The notes beneath the pieces were generated by a model. That model was given only the letters and a program-made list of their open reading frames with translations, was not told the DNA's origin and searched no databases. The position numbers and the translations under genes were made by a program. Shown piece by piece: positions 39,585 to 48,611 of a stretch of 64,000 bases of DNA. Origin of the DNA: an uncultured Spartobacteria bacterium (GTDB lineage: Bacteria; Verrucomicrobiota; Verrucomicrobiia; Chthoniobacterales; UBA6821); the NCBI GenBank assembly GCA_903826635.1, contig CAIKFI010000060.1:3451-67450 (forward strand), read 5' to 3'. The number at the start of each line of letters is the position of its first letter. Within the stretch, counting starts at the first letter, position 1.

Positions 39585-40399
39585 GTTTTCTTCACAACCG
39601 GTTCGTTGGGATTGATCACAAGGGTGATCTCACCCTTGGGAGGGTGCTCGGAATAGTGAGTGAAAAGCTCGGCAGGTGATCCCTGGCGATATTCCTCATG
39701 AATTTTTGTCAGTTCACGGGCAACGCAGACACGCGCTCCCGGGGCTATTGAAACGAGATCGGCAAGGCAGGCCACCAAACGGTGGGGAGACTCGAAATAG
39801 AGGCTGGTGATTCCGGTGGCCCCAGCCCTGCGCAACTCAGATCGACGTCCCGAACCCGAGGATGGGAGAAACCCCCCAAAAAAAAAGGGAACCGGAGGAA
39901 GCCCGCTTCCAACGATTGCTGCAACCACTGCGCAGGGACCGGGAAGCACCGTGTAGGCAATTTTCTCCTCAATGCAGGCCCTCACCAAACGGAATCCGGG
40001 ATCACTCACTGATGGAGTGCCCGCATCGGTCACCATTGCCAACTTCTCTCCTCCCCTGAGGCGGGAGACCAACTCGGGAAGGCGACGTTCCTCGTTGTGC
40101 TCATGAAAACTGACAAGTGGCCTGCGGATCTGAAGGTGAGCAAGAAGATTAGCAGCCCTGCGAGTATCCTCCGCGATCACCGCATCGCAGCCTTTGAGGG
40201 CCTCGATGGCCCGAAGGGTCAAGTCACCAAGGTTTCCGATCGGAGTGGAAATCAGGGTGAGCGGAGGAAGGGATCTCTCTCTTAGTCGGGAACCTTCGCA
40301 GGGAGGGACGTCCGAAGCAGATTCTGGGAGCGAACAGGCACTACCTGCAGAATCGGATAAAACCGGAAGATCGCCCTTGTCGCCGATTGAATCACTCAT
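39545..40399 (-). CDS. rsmI: 16S rRNA (cytidine1402-2'-O)-methyltransferase
   Basis: LTLISTPIGNLGDLTLRAIEALKGCDAVIAEDTR and MVTDAGTPSVSDPG (tetrapyrrole-methylase-fold RsmI). Has an N-terminal extension of about 45 aa. The 3' end overlaps accA convergently by 40 nt. Confidence 0.88.
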   Translation of the reverse strand: MSDSIGDKGDLPVLSDSAGSACSLPESASDVPPCEGSRLRERSLPPLTLISTPIGNLGDLTLRAIEALKGCDAVIAEDTRRAANLLAHLQIRRPLVSFHEHNEERRLPELVSRLRGGEKLAMVTDAGTPSVSDPGFRLVRACIEEKIAYTVLPGPCAVVAAIVGSGLPPVPFFFGGFLPSSGSGRRSELRRAGATGITSLYFESPHRLVACLADLVSIAPGARVCVARELTKIHEEYRQGSPAELFTHYSEHPPKGEITLVINPNEPVVKKTYSEKTPIPRNLA

Positions 40400-40420
40400 T
40401 CTTTCCTTCCAAAAACCGGA

Positions 40421-40948
40421 TTACCACCCCTCGGACACCTTGCTGACAAGATGTTCAGCCATACGCTGGGCCGCGATCGGGTAGTTCATGTTCTGGTTGG
40501 TGACGAGATCCGAGTTGACGAGATCCCCCTCCGAAAAGAATGGGGTGATGCCAATGGCGGTTCCCTCCATGAGGACAGCACCGGTGATTCGGTCGATGAC
40601 ATGATAGGAGACCCTGAGGGTAAGCTCAAATTCCGAGGTCTGCAGAACATTGCTTGAAAAAACCCTCATCGGTTGACGCTCAACGCTGACAATGGTCCCC
40701 TCGACGATGGCATCGGCGCGATCGGCGGATTCGATGCGGTAGGTTCCGTCCTGTTGAAACTGCTTCACCACGGCATCTGCGGTCTGGGACTCAAGGCGTG
40801 GAATCAACGTCTTATTCTTGAACGTGTTGACTGCGATCGTGGTGACCCGTCGCATCGGTGTCGGTTTGATTTCCCCGACGTGATAGCCGCATCCTTCCAG
40901 AAGAATCAGAAGCGGGATCAACAACAAGACTGGTAATTTCGGAATCAT
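40421..40948 (-). CDS. LptE-like outer-membrane lipoprotein
   Basis: Lipobox LLEGCGYHVG, then the pattern IAVNTFKNKT...AD..VEGTI typical of LptE (PF04390) as I remember it. 175 aa. Confidence 0.5.
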   Translation of the reverse strand: MIPKLPVLLLIPLLILLEGCGYHVGEIKPTPMRRVTTIAVNTFKNKTLIPRLESQTADAVVKQFQQDGTYRIESADRADAIVEGTIVSVERQPMRVFSSNVLQTSEFELTLRVSYHVIDRITGAVLMEGTAIGITPFFSEGDLVNSDLVTNQNMNYPIAAQRMAEHLVSKVSEGW

Positions 40949-42177
40949 GGGGAAAGCGGGGTCTTTTGCGAAGGTGCCTGGGTCGGAGGCTCCTGGAGAG
41001 GAACCGGGGCTGCGTCGCGCATGTTCCCCTTCATTTCAGGCTTTGGCAAGGGGGCTTCCTCACCCATGACATCCTTTTTCGAAGGACCATCGTAATTCGC
41101 CAGGGCAGTTGTCTCCACTTGGGATTGCAGTCGGCGACGCTCGGCAAGGCGTTCGGCATTCTCAGGACGTTCCTGACCCGTACGTAGAGAGTCCTCGCCA
41201 TAGAGAGCCTTCAACTCATCCAGACGGGCCTTTGAGGCAGTGGCCTCCTGACTCTGGGGAAAACGCCGGATCACATCGTTGTAGTAGATGCTGGCTGCCT
41301 TAAAATCTTTGGAGAAATCGTAGAAACGGGCGACTCGGAGTGTGTCGGCGGACTCTTTGTTCAGCATCGATTTCATATTCTCACCAGCCTGCTGGACTTT
41401 TTCGCTGTTGGGATACTGAAGAAGAAAATCCTGATAGTTATTCTGTGCCTCCTTGAGAGCTGACAGGTCCTGCGACTTACCCGTCATCCCGAGGCGTTGA
41501 TAGACGTAGGCAATCTGATACTGGGCGTTGTGGCATGCAGGACTGTTCGGATATTTATTAAGCACTTTCTGGTATTCAGCGATGGCTTCCTTCGCTTTTC
41601 CCTGCTTCTCCATGGCAAGACCAAGATTAAACTGAATGATTCCGGCGCGCTTGCTATACGGAGAAACCTTGAGAATAGCCGTATACATCTCTTCGGCTTT
41701 CTCCATAGAGGGGGTCATGGGTATGCCGAGGAATTTCACCTTAAGCCCCTTTAGAAAAGCATTGGCGATAGTAATCTGTTCGGCAACCGAGTCTTCAAAA
41801 TTCGGGGTCTCGGGGTATTTTTTCAAAAGCGTCTGATATTCGTTGAAGGCAGCTTCGAAATCCCCTTTACCCTGCAACTGTTTGGCCAGTTTGTATTGGG
41901 CGGTCGGGGCCTCTTTGCTCTTTGGATAACTGCGGGCAATGTAGCGGTAGGTCTTGATGGCGTTTTCGGTATCGCCCGAATCGACAAGGGCGTCTGCTGC
42001 CGCCAACTGATCGGGAGTCAGTCCCTTGGGAGCGAAGTTGTTGGTTGCAGGTTGGGATTTCACCAATCCCTCGGACTGCGCTTCCAGACGACCGACAACC
42101 ATAAAAAAAGGAATCATGGTCAGTGAAGCCGACAAAAAAAGGCGCTGGCTGCGGAAGATAAATCCAAAGTTGATCAT
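40945..42177 (-). CDS. BamD/YfiO-like TPR protein (secreted, no lipobox)
   Basis: TPR repeats with recurring YP-S/YPNS motifs (ARSYPKSKEAPTAQYKL, LKKYPETPN, LNKYPNSPACHNAQYQIA, LLQYPNSEK). A signal-like N-terminus without Cys, and a Pro/Glu-rich C-terminus. Confidence 0.5.
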   Translation of the reverse strand: MINFGFIFRSQRLFLSASLTMIPFFMVVGRLEAQSEGLVKSQPATNNFAPKGLTPDQLAAADALVDSGDTENAIKTYRYIARSYPKSKEAPTAQYKLAKQLQGKGDFEAAFNEYQTLLKKYPETPNFEDSVAEQITIANAFLKGLKVKFLGIPMTPSMEKAEEMYTAILKVSPYSKRAGIIQFNLGLAMEKQGKAKEAIAEYQKVLNKYPNSPACHNAQYQIAYVYQRLGMTGKSQDLSALKEAQNNYQDFLLQYPNSEKVQQAGENMKSMLNKESADTLRVARFYDFSKDFKAASIYYNDVIRRFPQSQEATASKARLDELKALYGEDSLRTGQERPENAERLAERRRLQSQVETTALANYDGPSKKDVMGEEAPLPKPEMKGNMRDAAPVPLQEPPTQAPSQKTPLSP

Positions 42178-42336
42178 TCTGATCTGATGACGCTAGGGAA
42201 ACAGCCCCTCCATCGTCAAGAAAGGGGATTATCACGAAAAGTGAAGGTTTCGAAGTATCTTAAAATCCCCAAGTGAGGACTGGATAATTCCATCAATTGA
42301 GTCTTAATGAATAGGATTCTATTTTTTCCAAGAGGC

Positions 42337-43011
42337 ATGAAATCGACCACAAAAAAACACACCATTCCCAATCGAGAGAGGATCATGGAAGCCTACATGG
42401 AAGAGCTTCAGAATAGTGGTCACCCGCCGGTCTCAGTCAGAAGACTCTGTCAGGATCTTGATCTCTCCGAGAAGGATTTCTACAGGGAGTTCACGTCGTT
42501 GAATATGGTTGAAAAACACTTCTGGAAAGATTGGATGGAGAGTCTCGTCACGGCGGTCACCTCAGGCAAGGAATGGAGTGCATTCTCGTCCAAGCAGCGC
42601 TATCTCGCTTTTCTCTTCGCATTCGCCGGAAAAGCTCTGGAATGCAGGTCCCTTCTTGAACAGCGTTTTGGACAGCTCACCTGCTTTTGCAGCCCGAATT
42701 CTCTCGAGGGGCTGAAAAAGATTTTTAAGATTTTCGTCTCGGATCTCGTGAACCATGGCGTCGACAACGGCGAAATCGCACCGCGTGGGATAGTGGGATC
42801 CCTCTATCCCGAGGTTCTCTACATACACTGGCGCAGTGTCCTTAACTACTTCCTCAAAGATGAGAGTCACGGATTTGAACGTACAGATGCCTTCATTGAG
42901 AAGACGGTCGAATTTGCTTTTGACCTACTAAGCACTCAGGCGATTGACTCCGCAGCAGATCTTGCAAGGTTTGTCCTTCCCCAGCTTGCGCACTTCGGGG
43001 ACAAGAATTGA
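42337..43011 (+). CDS. TetR-family transcriptional regulator
   Basis: ATG at 42337, preceded by AAGAGG. N-terminal HTH region RERIMEAYMEELQNSGHPPVSVRRLCQDLDLSEKDFYREF. Confidence 0.7.
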   Translation: MKSTTKKHTIPNRERIMEAYMEELQNSGHPPVSVRRLCQDLDLSEKDFYREFTSLNMVEKHFWKDWMESLVTAVTSGKEWSAFSSKQRYLAFLFAFAGKALECRSLLEQRFGQLTCFCSPNSLEGLKKIFKIFVSDLVNHGVDNGEIAPRGIVGSLYPEVLYIHWRSVLNYFLKDESHGFERTDAFIEKTVEFAFDLLSTQAIDSAADLARFVLPQLAHFGDKN

Positions 43012-44408
43012 AAAAAAAGATCACACCCTCTAAATCCGATATTCCAAGCAAGGAGCAGGCGGATAAAAAGGGTAAGTCTCCGGCCTCGTTGTCTCAAGAG
43101 TCGATCAGGAGCACTCCGATCAGTCGCATGGCGGCACTGGGAGGGACGGGAGCAAAGGTTGGCATCAATTACCTCAAGTATTACGGCAAGAGAGTGATGG
43201 CGGGGAGCGATGATTCCACGGAGGAAAAACATGCGCGTAAACTGGATGAGGAGAATGCCTCCACCATCTATGAGACCTTCAGCAAACTGAAGGGAGGACC
43301 GCTTAAACTCGCCCAGATGCTAAGCATCGACAAAAACCTTCTACCCACCGCCTACGCAAACCAATTTGTGCAGGCTCAATATTCAGTCCCTCCCCTCTCC
43401 TACCCGCTCGTGGTGCGGACATTCTGCCGAGAATTCGGCAAGGAACCGCTGGATATTTTCGATCGCTTCGACCGTGAAGCGGCGCATGGGGCATCGATCG
43501 GACAGGTCCACAAAGCATCTCTCAAGGGTTTGGATTACGCCGTTAAAGTCCAGTATCCGGGCGTTGCGGAAAGCCTCAAAAGCGATCTCAGGGTCATCAA
43601 ACCGATCGCCCTGAGAATTCTGGGTCTCAGACATCGTGACGTGGAGAAATATTTTCAGGAGGTTGAGACCCGACTTCTTGAGGAGACCGACTACGGATTG
43701 GAATTGGAGCGCTCCCTCCATCTCTCCAAAGCTTCGGCCCATCTGCCGAACGTGCGCTTTCCTGAATACCATCCCGAACTCTCTTCACGCCACATTCTAA
43801 GCATGAGATGGATCGATGGCATACCACTTGACCGATTTGCCGATGGAGAAACCTCTCAAGAAAAGAGGGACCTGATCGGGCAGGCCCTTTGGGATTTTTA
43901 CAGCCATCAGGTCCATGACCTGAATCTCTTCCATGCGGACCCTCACCCCGGCAACTTCCTTGTTTCCGATGGAATGCTCTGCGTCCTGGATTTTGGATGC
44001 ACGAAACAGATCACGAAGGAGTTCTATCGCAAGCAGTTCCGTTTCCTTGATCCAAATCTCCCCAAGAATCCAGCCCTTCTTGAAGAGGCTCTCCGGGATC
44101 TCAAGGTCATCATCCCCAGCGACACCGGCAAGGAGATCCATCAGATCATGATGCTTTGCCGCACATGGTTGGACCTTCTGGCTCTTCCCTTCCGTTCCGA
44201 AAGATTCAACTTCGGAGATCCGGGATTCCTCAAGTCGATTTACGATCTTGGAGAGGAAAACCGTAAAGCTGACAACCTGCGGACCATGAAAGGGGAACGT
44301 GGATCTCCCGACACGATCTACGTCAATCGGGCCTTCTTTGGGCTCTACAGCCTACTGGGGAGATTGCGCGCTCAGGTTTCGATTTCACTCCCAGACTGGC
44401 TCAGGTAA
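43008..44408 (+). CDS. ABC1/UbiB-family atypical kinase
   Basis: GPLKLAQMLS, AHGASIGQVHKA, YAVKVQYPGV, and HADPHPGNFLV...LDFG (ABC1 kinase-like motifs). The TTG at 43008 overlaps the TetR stop; an alternative ATG is at 43128. Confidence 0.8.
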   Translation: MKKKITPSKSDIPSKEQADKKGKSPASLSQESIRSTPISRMAALGGTGAKVGINYLKYYGKRVMAGSDDSTEEKHARKLDEENASTIYETFSKLKGGPLKLAQMLSIDKNLLPTAYANQFVQAQYSVPPLSYPLVVRTFCREFGKEPLDIFDRFDREAAHGASIGQVHKASLKGLDYAVKVQYPGVAESLKSDLRVIKPIALRILGLRHRDVEKYFQEVETRLLEETDYGLELERSLHLSKASAHLPNVRFPEYHPELSSRHILSMRWIDGIPLDRFADGETSQEKRDLIGQALWDFYSHQVHDLNLFHADPHPGNFLVSDGMLCVLDFGCTKQITKEFYRKQFRFLDPNLPKNPALLEEALRDLKVIIPSDTGKEIHQIMMLCRTWLDLLALPFRSERFNFGDPGFLKSIYDLGEENRKADNLRTMKGERGSPDTIYVNRAFFGLYSLLGRLRAQVSISLPDWLR

Positions 44409-44479
44409 AAAAGGCAAAACACCCGGAAAGACAAAAAACCGTTACCCGGTTGTCTGATCCTGAGCTTCTTTGATTCGTT

Positions 44480-45049
44480 TTAGTTCTTGGTCGAAGAGAG
44501 ACCAAGCCCCAGCCATCCCACTCCGGCAAACACCAATTCAATTCCAAGAAAGAGCCCCAACATATAGAGTCCCGTGGCAGGCCATTGGGAAATGATTAAA
44601 GCACCGAGGATAATGGAGATAGCCGCGCTAAAGAGGATCCATCCGGCACCCTTGTGATGGCGCATCTTGAAGGCAAGGAACATGCGGAAAAGTCCGCCAA
44701 AAAGAATCGCCCACCCGAGAAACAGAGTAAAGGCAATGGCAGCCTTAAAAGGATGTGCTATAAAAACATATCCTGCCACTCCGTAGGCAATGGCGACAAC
44801 TACATACCAGAGATGGCTTTTCCACCCGTGAATGGTAAAAAGTTTGATCAGCTGAAAAGCACAGGCAAACATAAGAATGAAGCCGATGAAGGTTGCCACG
44901 GCCGCCGTGGAGACGAGTTGATCTCCCAAAGCAAACATTCCCAACAGGATCATGGCAATGCCGCCAGCGATGGCCCACGCACGGGAGACAGGAGGAACTG
45001 GAAGGACCGGCAAGGTGGATGAGTTGTTTTCCATAAATGATTTCAACAC
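44480..45049 (-). CDS. HdeD/DUF308-family membrane protein
   Basis: 189 aa with six TM helices and repeated DUF308-like G-x-x-x-I-x-x-G segments. Confidence 0.6.
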   Translation of the reverse strand: MLKSFMENNSSTLPVLPVPPVSRAWAIAGGIAMILLGMFALGDQLVSTAAVATFIGFILMFACAFQLIKLFTIHGWKSHLWYVVVAIAYGVAGYVFIAHPFKAAIAFTLFLGWAILFGGLFRMFLAFKMRHHKGAGWILFSAAISIILGALIISQWPATGLYMLGLFLGIELVFAGVGWLGLGLSSTKN

Positions 45050-45116
45050 TTATGATGGCGCCCCCTCATTCTGGCAAGGTGAAAGCGGCCTGCCAAAGGA
45101 TTCGGATAGCAGTGTC

Positions 45117-45494
45117 TTACTGCTCGCCTGATTTGGCAGGAGTCGGAGAGTTCGTCGCCCTTGCCGCCTGCTGGGACTGGATCTGCGTGGCCAGGTTCTG
45201 AGCGGCCTGCTGGAGCCCGGTCAGAGGAACCCAACCGATCAGATTTCCCTGCTGACCGGTCGATTTATCAGCGAAGGATGCGGCATTGAGAAGTCGTGAC
45301 TCGGAAGTTTTGGTGTTATACTCAAGCACCGAAAAGACCTGCTTGTCTGCAATCGTCAAGACGACAGGAACACACTGAAAAATACCGGGTTGCGAAAGAG
45401 TGGGTGACTGGTCAGATAGAACTGACTTCTTTGAACAAGCTGAGAAGGAAATGCAGACAACCATGGACAAAACGAAAAAACTAAATGACTTCAT
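45117..45494 (-). CDS. hypothetical lipoprotein
   Basis: Signal peptide with lipobox ISFSACS. Gln-rich C-terminus. No family recognised. Confidence 0.5.
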   Translation of the reverse strand: MKSFSFFVLSMVVCISFSACSKKSVLSDQSPTLSQPGIFQCVPVVLTIADKQVFSVLEYNTKTSESRLLNAASFADKSTGQQGNLIGWVPLTGLQQAAQNLATQIQSQQAARATNSPTPAKSGEQ

Positions 45495-45684
45495 TCAAAA
45501 AAACCTACCGAGGGCTGCATGATTCGCAAGATTAATTGGAGCGTCATCAGAGAACTTTCGACTCGAAGGCAACTCACGCAAATGATCCAAAATCAATCCT
45601 GAAGTTCAATGAAATCACAAGTTCATCTGTTGAGATTCATGAAAGTTGCTTGAGGCCGGGTAATGACTCAGAAAGAGTCTGGAC

Positions 45685-46926
45685 ATGAACCCTTTTTTTT
45701 CCCAATTGGGACAATCCGTTTACGATCTCTGGAAGGCCAAGGATTTTCGGCCGGCTTTATTCCCTGAAATTGCAAAAACCTGCCTTCAGAAATTCGCTCC
45801 CTCAAAACGTGTTGATCTGGACGATCTGATTAGCAACTTCCTGTTGGATGACAGGCAACCCTACCAGACCTCCTCGGGATTTGGACAACCTGAGTTGATC
45901 GTTTATGAGAACACTCGCTTTTACATCCAGATTTTATTCTGGCTCGACGGGACAACCGATATTCACCAGCACGGTTTTTCAGGTGCATTTCATGTGCTGG
46001 CCGGTTCCAGCATCCATTCCTCTTTCAACTTCACTCAGATCACACCGGTAACGTCCCACTTCCAGTTGGGTGATCTGAAACTGAAAGAGACACAACTTTT
46101 GGAAACGGGCACAACGGTCATGATTCACTCGGGTCCGTCTTGCATCCATTCACTTTTCCATCTGGAAACACCTTCGGTCACCGTGGTGATTCGCACCCAC
46201 TCCGATCCCGGATCGGATCCCCAGTTCACCTACCTGCCCCCGCACGTCGGATTGGACCCTGTGAACAACGACGCTCTCACCACCCGAAGGAAACAACTGC
46301 TCGATGTGCTGGAGGCAGCGGGTAACGAGGACTATGGCCCGATCGTTGTCAAAATGCTCAAGGAATTGGATTTTGAACGAGGTTTTTTTATTCTTCAAAA
46401 TTGTGTCTCCACGCTTCGCAATCTTGGATGCTGGGAAAAAGCATGGGCGGTTTTCCTGCGCAAACACGGCCCAATGGCCCTGCCTGTCCTGCCAACTCTT
46501 GAGGAAATCATCAGAAGGGATGGCATTGCCGCTCTTAGGGCATCCGTCGAGGATGTGGAGCATCGCTTCTTTCTGGCACTCCTCCTGAATGTCGGAAACC
46601 GGGAGGATATCCTTAAAATCATATCCTCGAGGTTTGAAGGATCACCACTTGCAACGATCTCCCGATGGGGTGAGGAGTTACTAAGGATCACCGAATCCGG
46701 AACCTGGCTGGTGGATGCGCTCTTCCCTAGCGAGATCGGGAATGACGAGACGCGCCATCAGGGGGTTTTTCTGGCGGCCATGAATCATTTCATTTGCGGT
46801 CAAAAACCATCTCCAGAATTGAGAAGGCTCTCAAAAACCGACCTCGAATCCTTGGGGCAGAGCTTGCATGATTCGAGTTGGCGCAATCTTCTTCCTGAAA
46901 AAAGATCTTCCTCGTCAAAAAAATAG
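45685..46926 (+). CDS. hypothetical protein with N-terminal cupin-like region
   Basis: 413 aa. FYIQILFWLDGTTDIHQHGFSGAFHVLAGSSIHS...CIHSLFH looks like a metal-binding cupin (His-x-His ... His). The helical C-terminal half is unknown. Confidence 0.5.
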   Translation: MNPFFSQLGQSVYDLWKAKDFRPALFPEIAKTCLQKFAPSKRVDLDDLISNFLLDDRQPYQTSSGFGQPELIVYENTRFYIQILFWLDGTTDIHQHGFSGAFHVLAGSSIHSSFNFTQITPVTSHFQLGDLKLKETQLLETGTTVMIHSGPSCIHSLFHLETPSVTVVIRTHSDPGSDPQFTYLPPHVGLDPVNNDALTTRRKQLLDVLEAAGNEDYGPIVVKMLKELDFERGFFILQNCVSTLRNLGCWEKAWAVFLRKHGPMALPVLPTLEEIIRRDGIAALRASVEDVEHRFFLALLLNVGNREDILKIISSRFEGSPLATISRWGEELLRITESGTWLVDALFPSEIGNDETRHQGVFLAAMNHFICGQKPSPELRRLSKTDLESLGQSLHDSSWRNLLPEKRSSSSKK

Positions 46927-47010
46927 GTCGTTTTTTCTTACAAAAATCTTCCCGGGTCTCATGGGCAAGAGACTTCTCATTTGCTCGCGCAAAGGATAGA
47001 TACAACGACA

Positions 47011-47703
47011 ATGATCAGAAGCGTCCTTTATCTCCTGCTTGGAACAATCATGGTTCCCTCATTGAGTGCCATCTCCACGGAGTCATGGGAGAGCAGTCTG
47101 ACAGATCATCAGAAAGAGGATTTGCTTTCTGGAAAACAGGTAATGATCGAGGTGGATATTCCGGGAAAACCCTGGCCGTGTTTCACAATCCACAAACTTG
47201 TCGATGCGACTCCTGAGGATGTGGCTGCAGTGTTCTGGAATTGTGAACTTGCTCCCGCCTACGTTCCGAACTGCATCTCCGTGAAGATTATTTCGCGCCC
47301 AAGTCCCGGGATTATCGAGGCTGAATACACACTTAAAATGCCTTTTTTTCTGCCGAACGAAATTTATTTGTCTCGGAACGAACTGACCTCCCCAACCACG
47401 GGAAGCTACAAAATCTCCTGGCATGTCGATCAATCCCGCTACATTCGAAAATCCATCGGAAACATTCTCCTGCAACCAGCCCGTAATGGAACTCTGATCA
47501 GCTACACCAATTTTGTGGAACCAAGCAGCAAGTTTTCCCGTCTGCTGCGTTCCAAGGCAGGCGAGGAGGTGATGGCCAGTGTCGGAGCACTCAAGCGGCA
47601 GATCATGAATGAGTCTCATCAGCCATCCCCTCTCCTGTTGAAACAGGTTGAAGATCTCCGCCTTTCCCTTCAAGTCCCGCCACCAAAGAGGCCTATCCAG
47701 TAA
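47011..47703 (+). CDS. secreted SRPBCC/START-like (polyketide-cyclase-fold) protein
   Basis: Signal peptide MIRSVLYLLLGTIMVPSLSA. The body (FTIHKLVDATPEDVAAVFWNCELAPAYVPN...EAEYTLKMPFFLPNEIY) resembles START/SRPBCC ligand-binding domains. Confidence 0.5.
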   Translation: MIRSVLYLLLGTIMVPSLSAISTESWESSLTDHQKEDLLSGKQVMIEVDIPGKPWPCFTIHKLVDATPEDVAAVFWNCELAPAYVPNCISVKIISRPSPGIIEAEYTLKMPFFLPNEIYLSRNELTSPTTGSYKISWHVDQSRYIRKSIGNILLQPARNGTLISYTNFVEPSSKFSRLLRSKAGEEVMASVGALKRQIMNESHQPSPLLLKQVEDLRLSLQVPPPKRPIQ

Positions 47704-47705
47704 CA

Positions 47706-48458
47706 TTGCAGACGCTTCCAAACTTTTCGAATGCGTCATGGGTCGTCGCGATTATTGCGGCCCTATGCATCGGCTTTACCAAAGCAGGTTTTGGGGGCTT
47801 CGGGGTCGTGGCCGGGTTGCTGATGGCTCAGATTCTTCCCCCTAAGGAATCGACTGGAGCCGTCCTTCCCATGCTTTTGGCTGCGGACCTGATGGCAATC
47901 TGGAGTTATCACAAGCATGTGGCCTGGGCCGATTTCTGGAAGCTTTTACCGACAACCTTTGTCGGTCTGATTTCGGGATGGGCGCTCATGAGCAGGATCC
48001 CCGGCGCGGCTTTCGGTCATGTTCTGGGTTGGATGATCCTAGGCATGATGGCTCTCGTGATCTGGCAAAGGTTTGACAATCGGATTCTGTCGAGTGTGAT
48101 GCATCATCCCACACTTGTTTCGATTTCGGGATTTCTGGCAGGTATCACGACGATGATGGCCAATGCAGGCGGGCCTGCGATGAGCTTCTATCTTTTGGGA
48201 AAGCGTTTTGACAAAATGGCTTTTGTTGGAACCTGCGCGTGGTTTTTCTTTGTCACCAACATGACCAAGTTGCCGTTGAGTTGGAGTCTGGGGCTGATTT
48301 CAAAAAACTCGCTTCATCTCAATCTTGTTCTCGTTCCTGCGGTGGCGGTGGGAATGATCAGCGGGCGTCTGATGCTGGGAAGAATCCCCCAGCAACCTTT
48401 CGAGTGGTTGGTCATTGTCATGGCCACGGGTTCCGCGATTAAGCTGATTCTGGGATAG
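47706..48458 (+). CDS. TauE/SafE-family (DUF81) anion exporter
   Basis: 250 aa with 7-8 TM helices and a two-repeat layout typical of TauE/SafE. The TTG start lies 2 nt after the upstream stop. Confidence 0.65.
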   Translation: MQTLPNFSNASWVVAIIAALCIGFTKAGFGGFGVVAGLLMAQILPPKESTGAVLPMLLAADLMAIWSYHKHVAWADFWKLLPTTFVGLISGWALMSRIPGAAFGHVLGWMILGMMALVIWQRFDNRILSSVMHHPTLVSISGFLAGITTMMANAGGPAMSFYLLGKRFDKMAFVGTCAWFFFVTNMTKLPLSWSLGLISKNSLHLNLVLVPAVAVGMISGRLMLGRIPQQPFEWLVIVMATGSAIKLILG

Positions 48459-48611
48459 TGGATCCTTCAGGAACCCGGGAATTTCCTCAAACCTCATGCG
48501 ATAAAGTCTTATCCTTCTGATTCCGCCGGGGTTTTGTGGGAAGTGGATCTCTCAGTGACTGGAAAATTGCGATTTCATCCCTGCTCGCAGGTGGCTATCC
48601 TACAATCCCCT

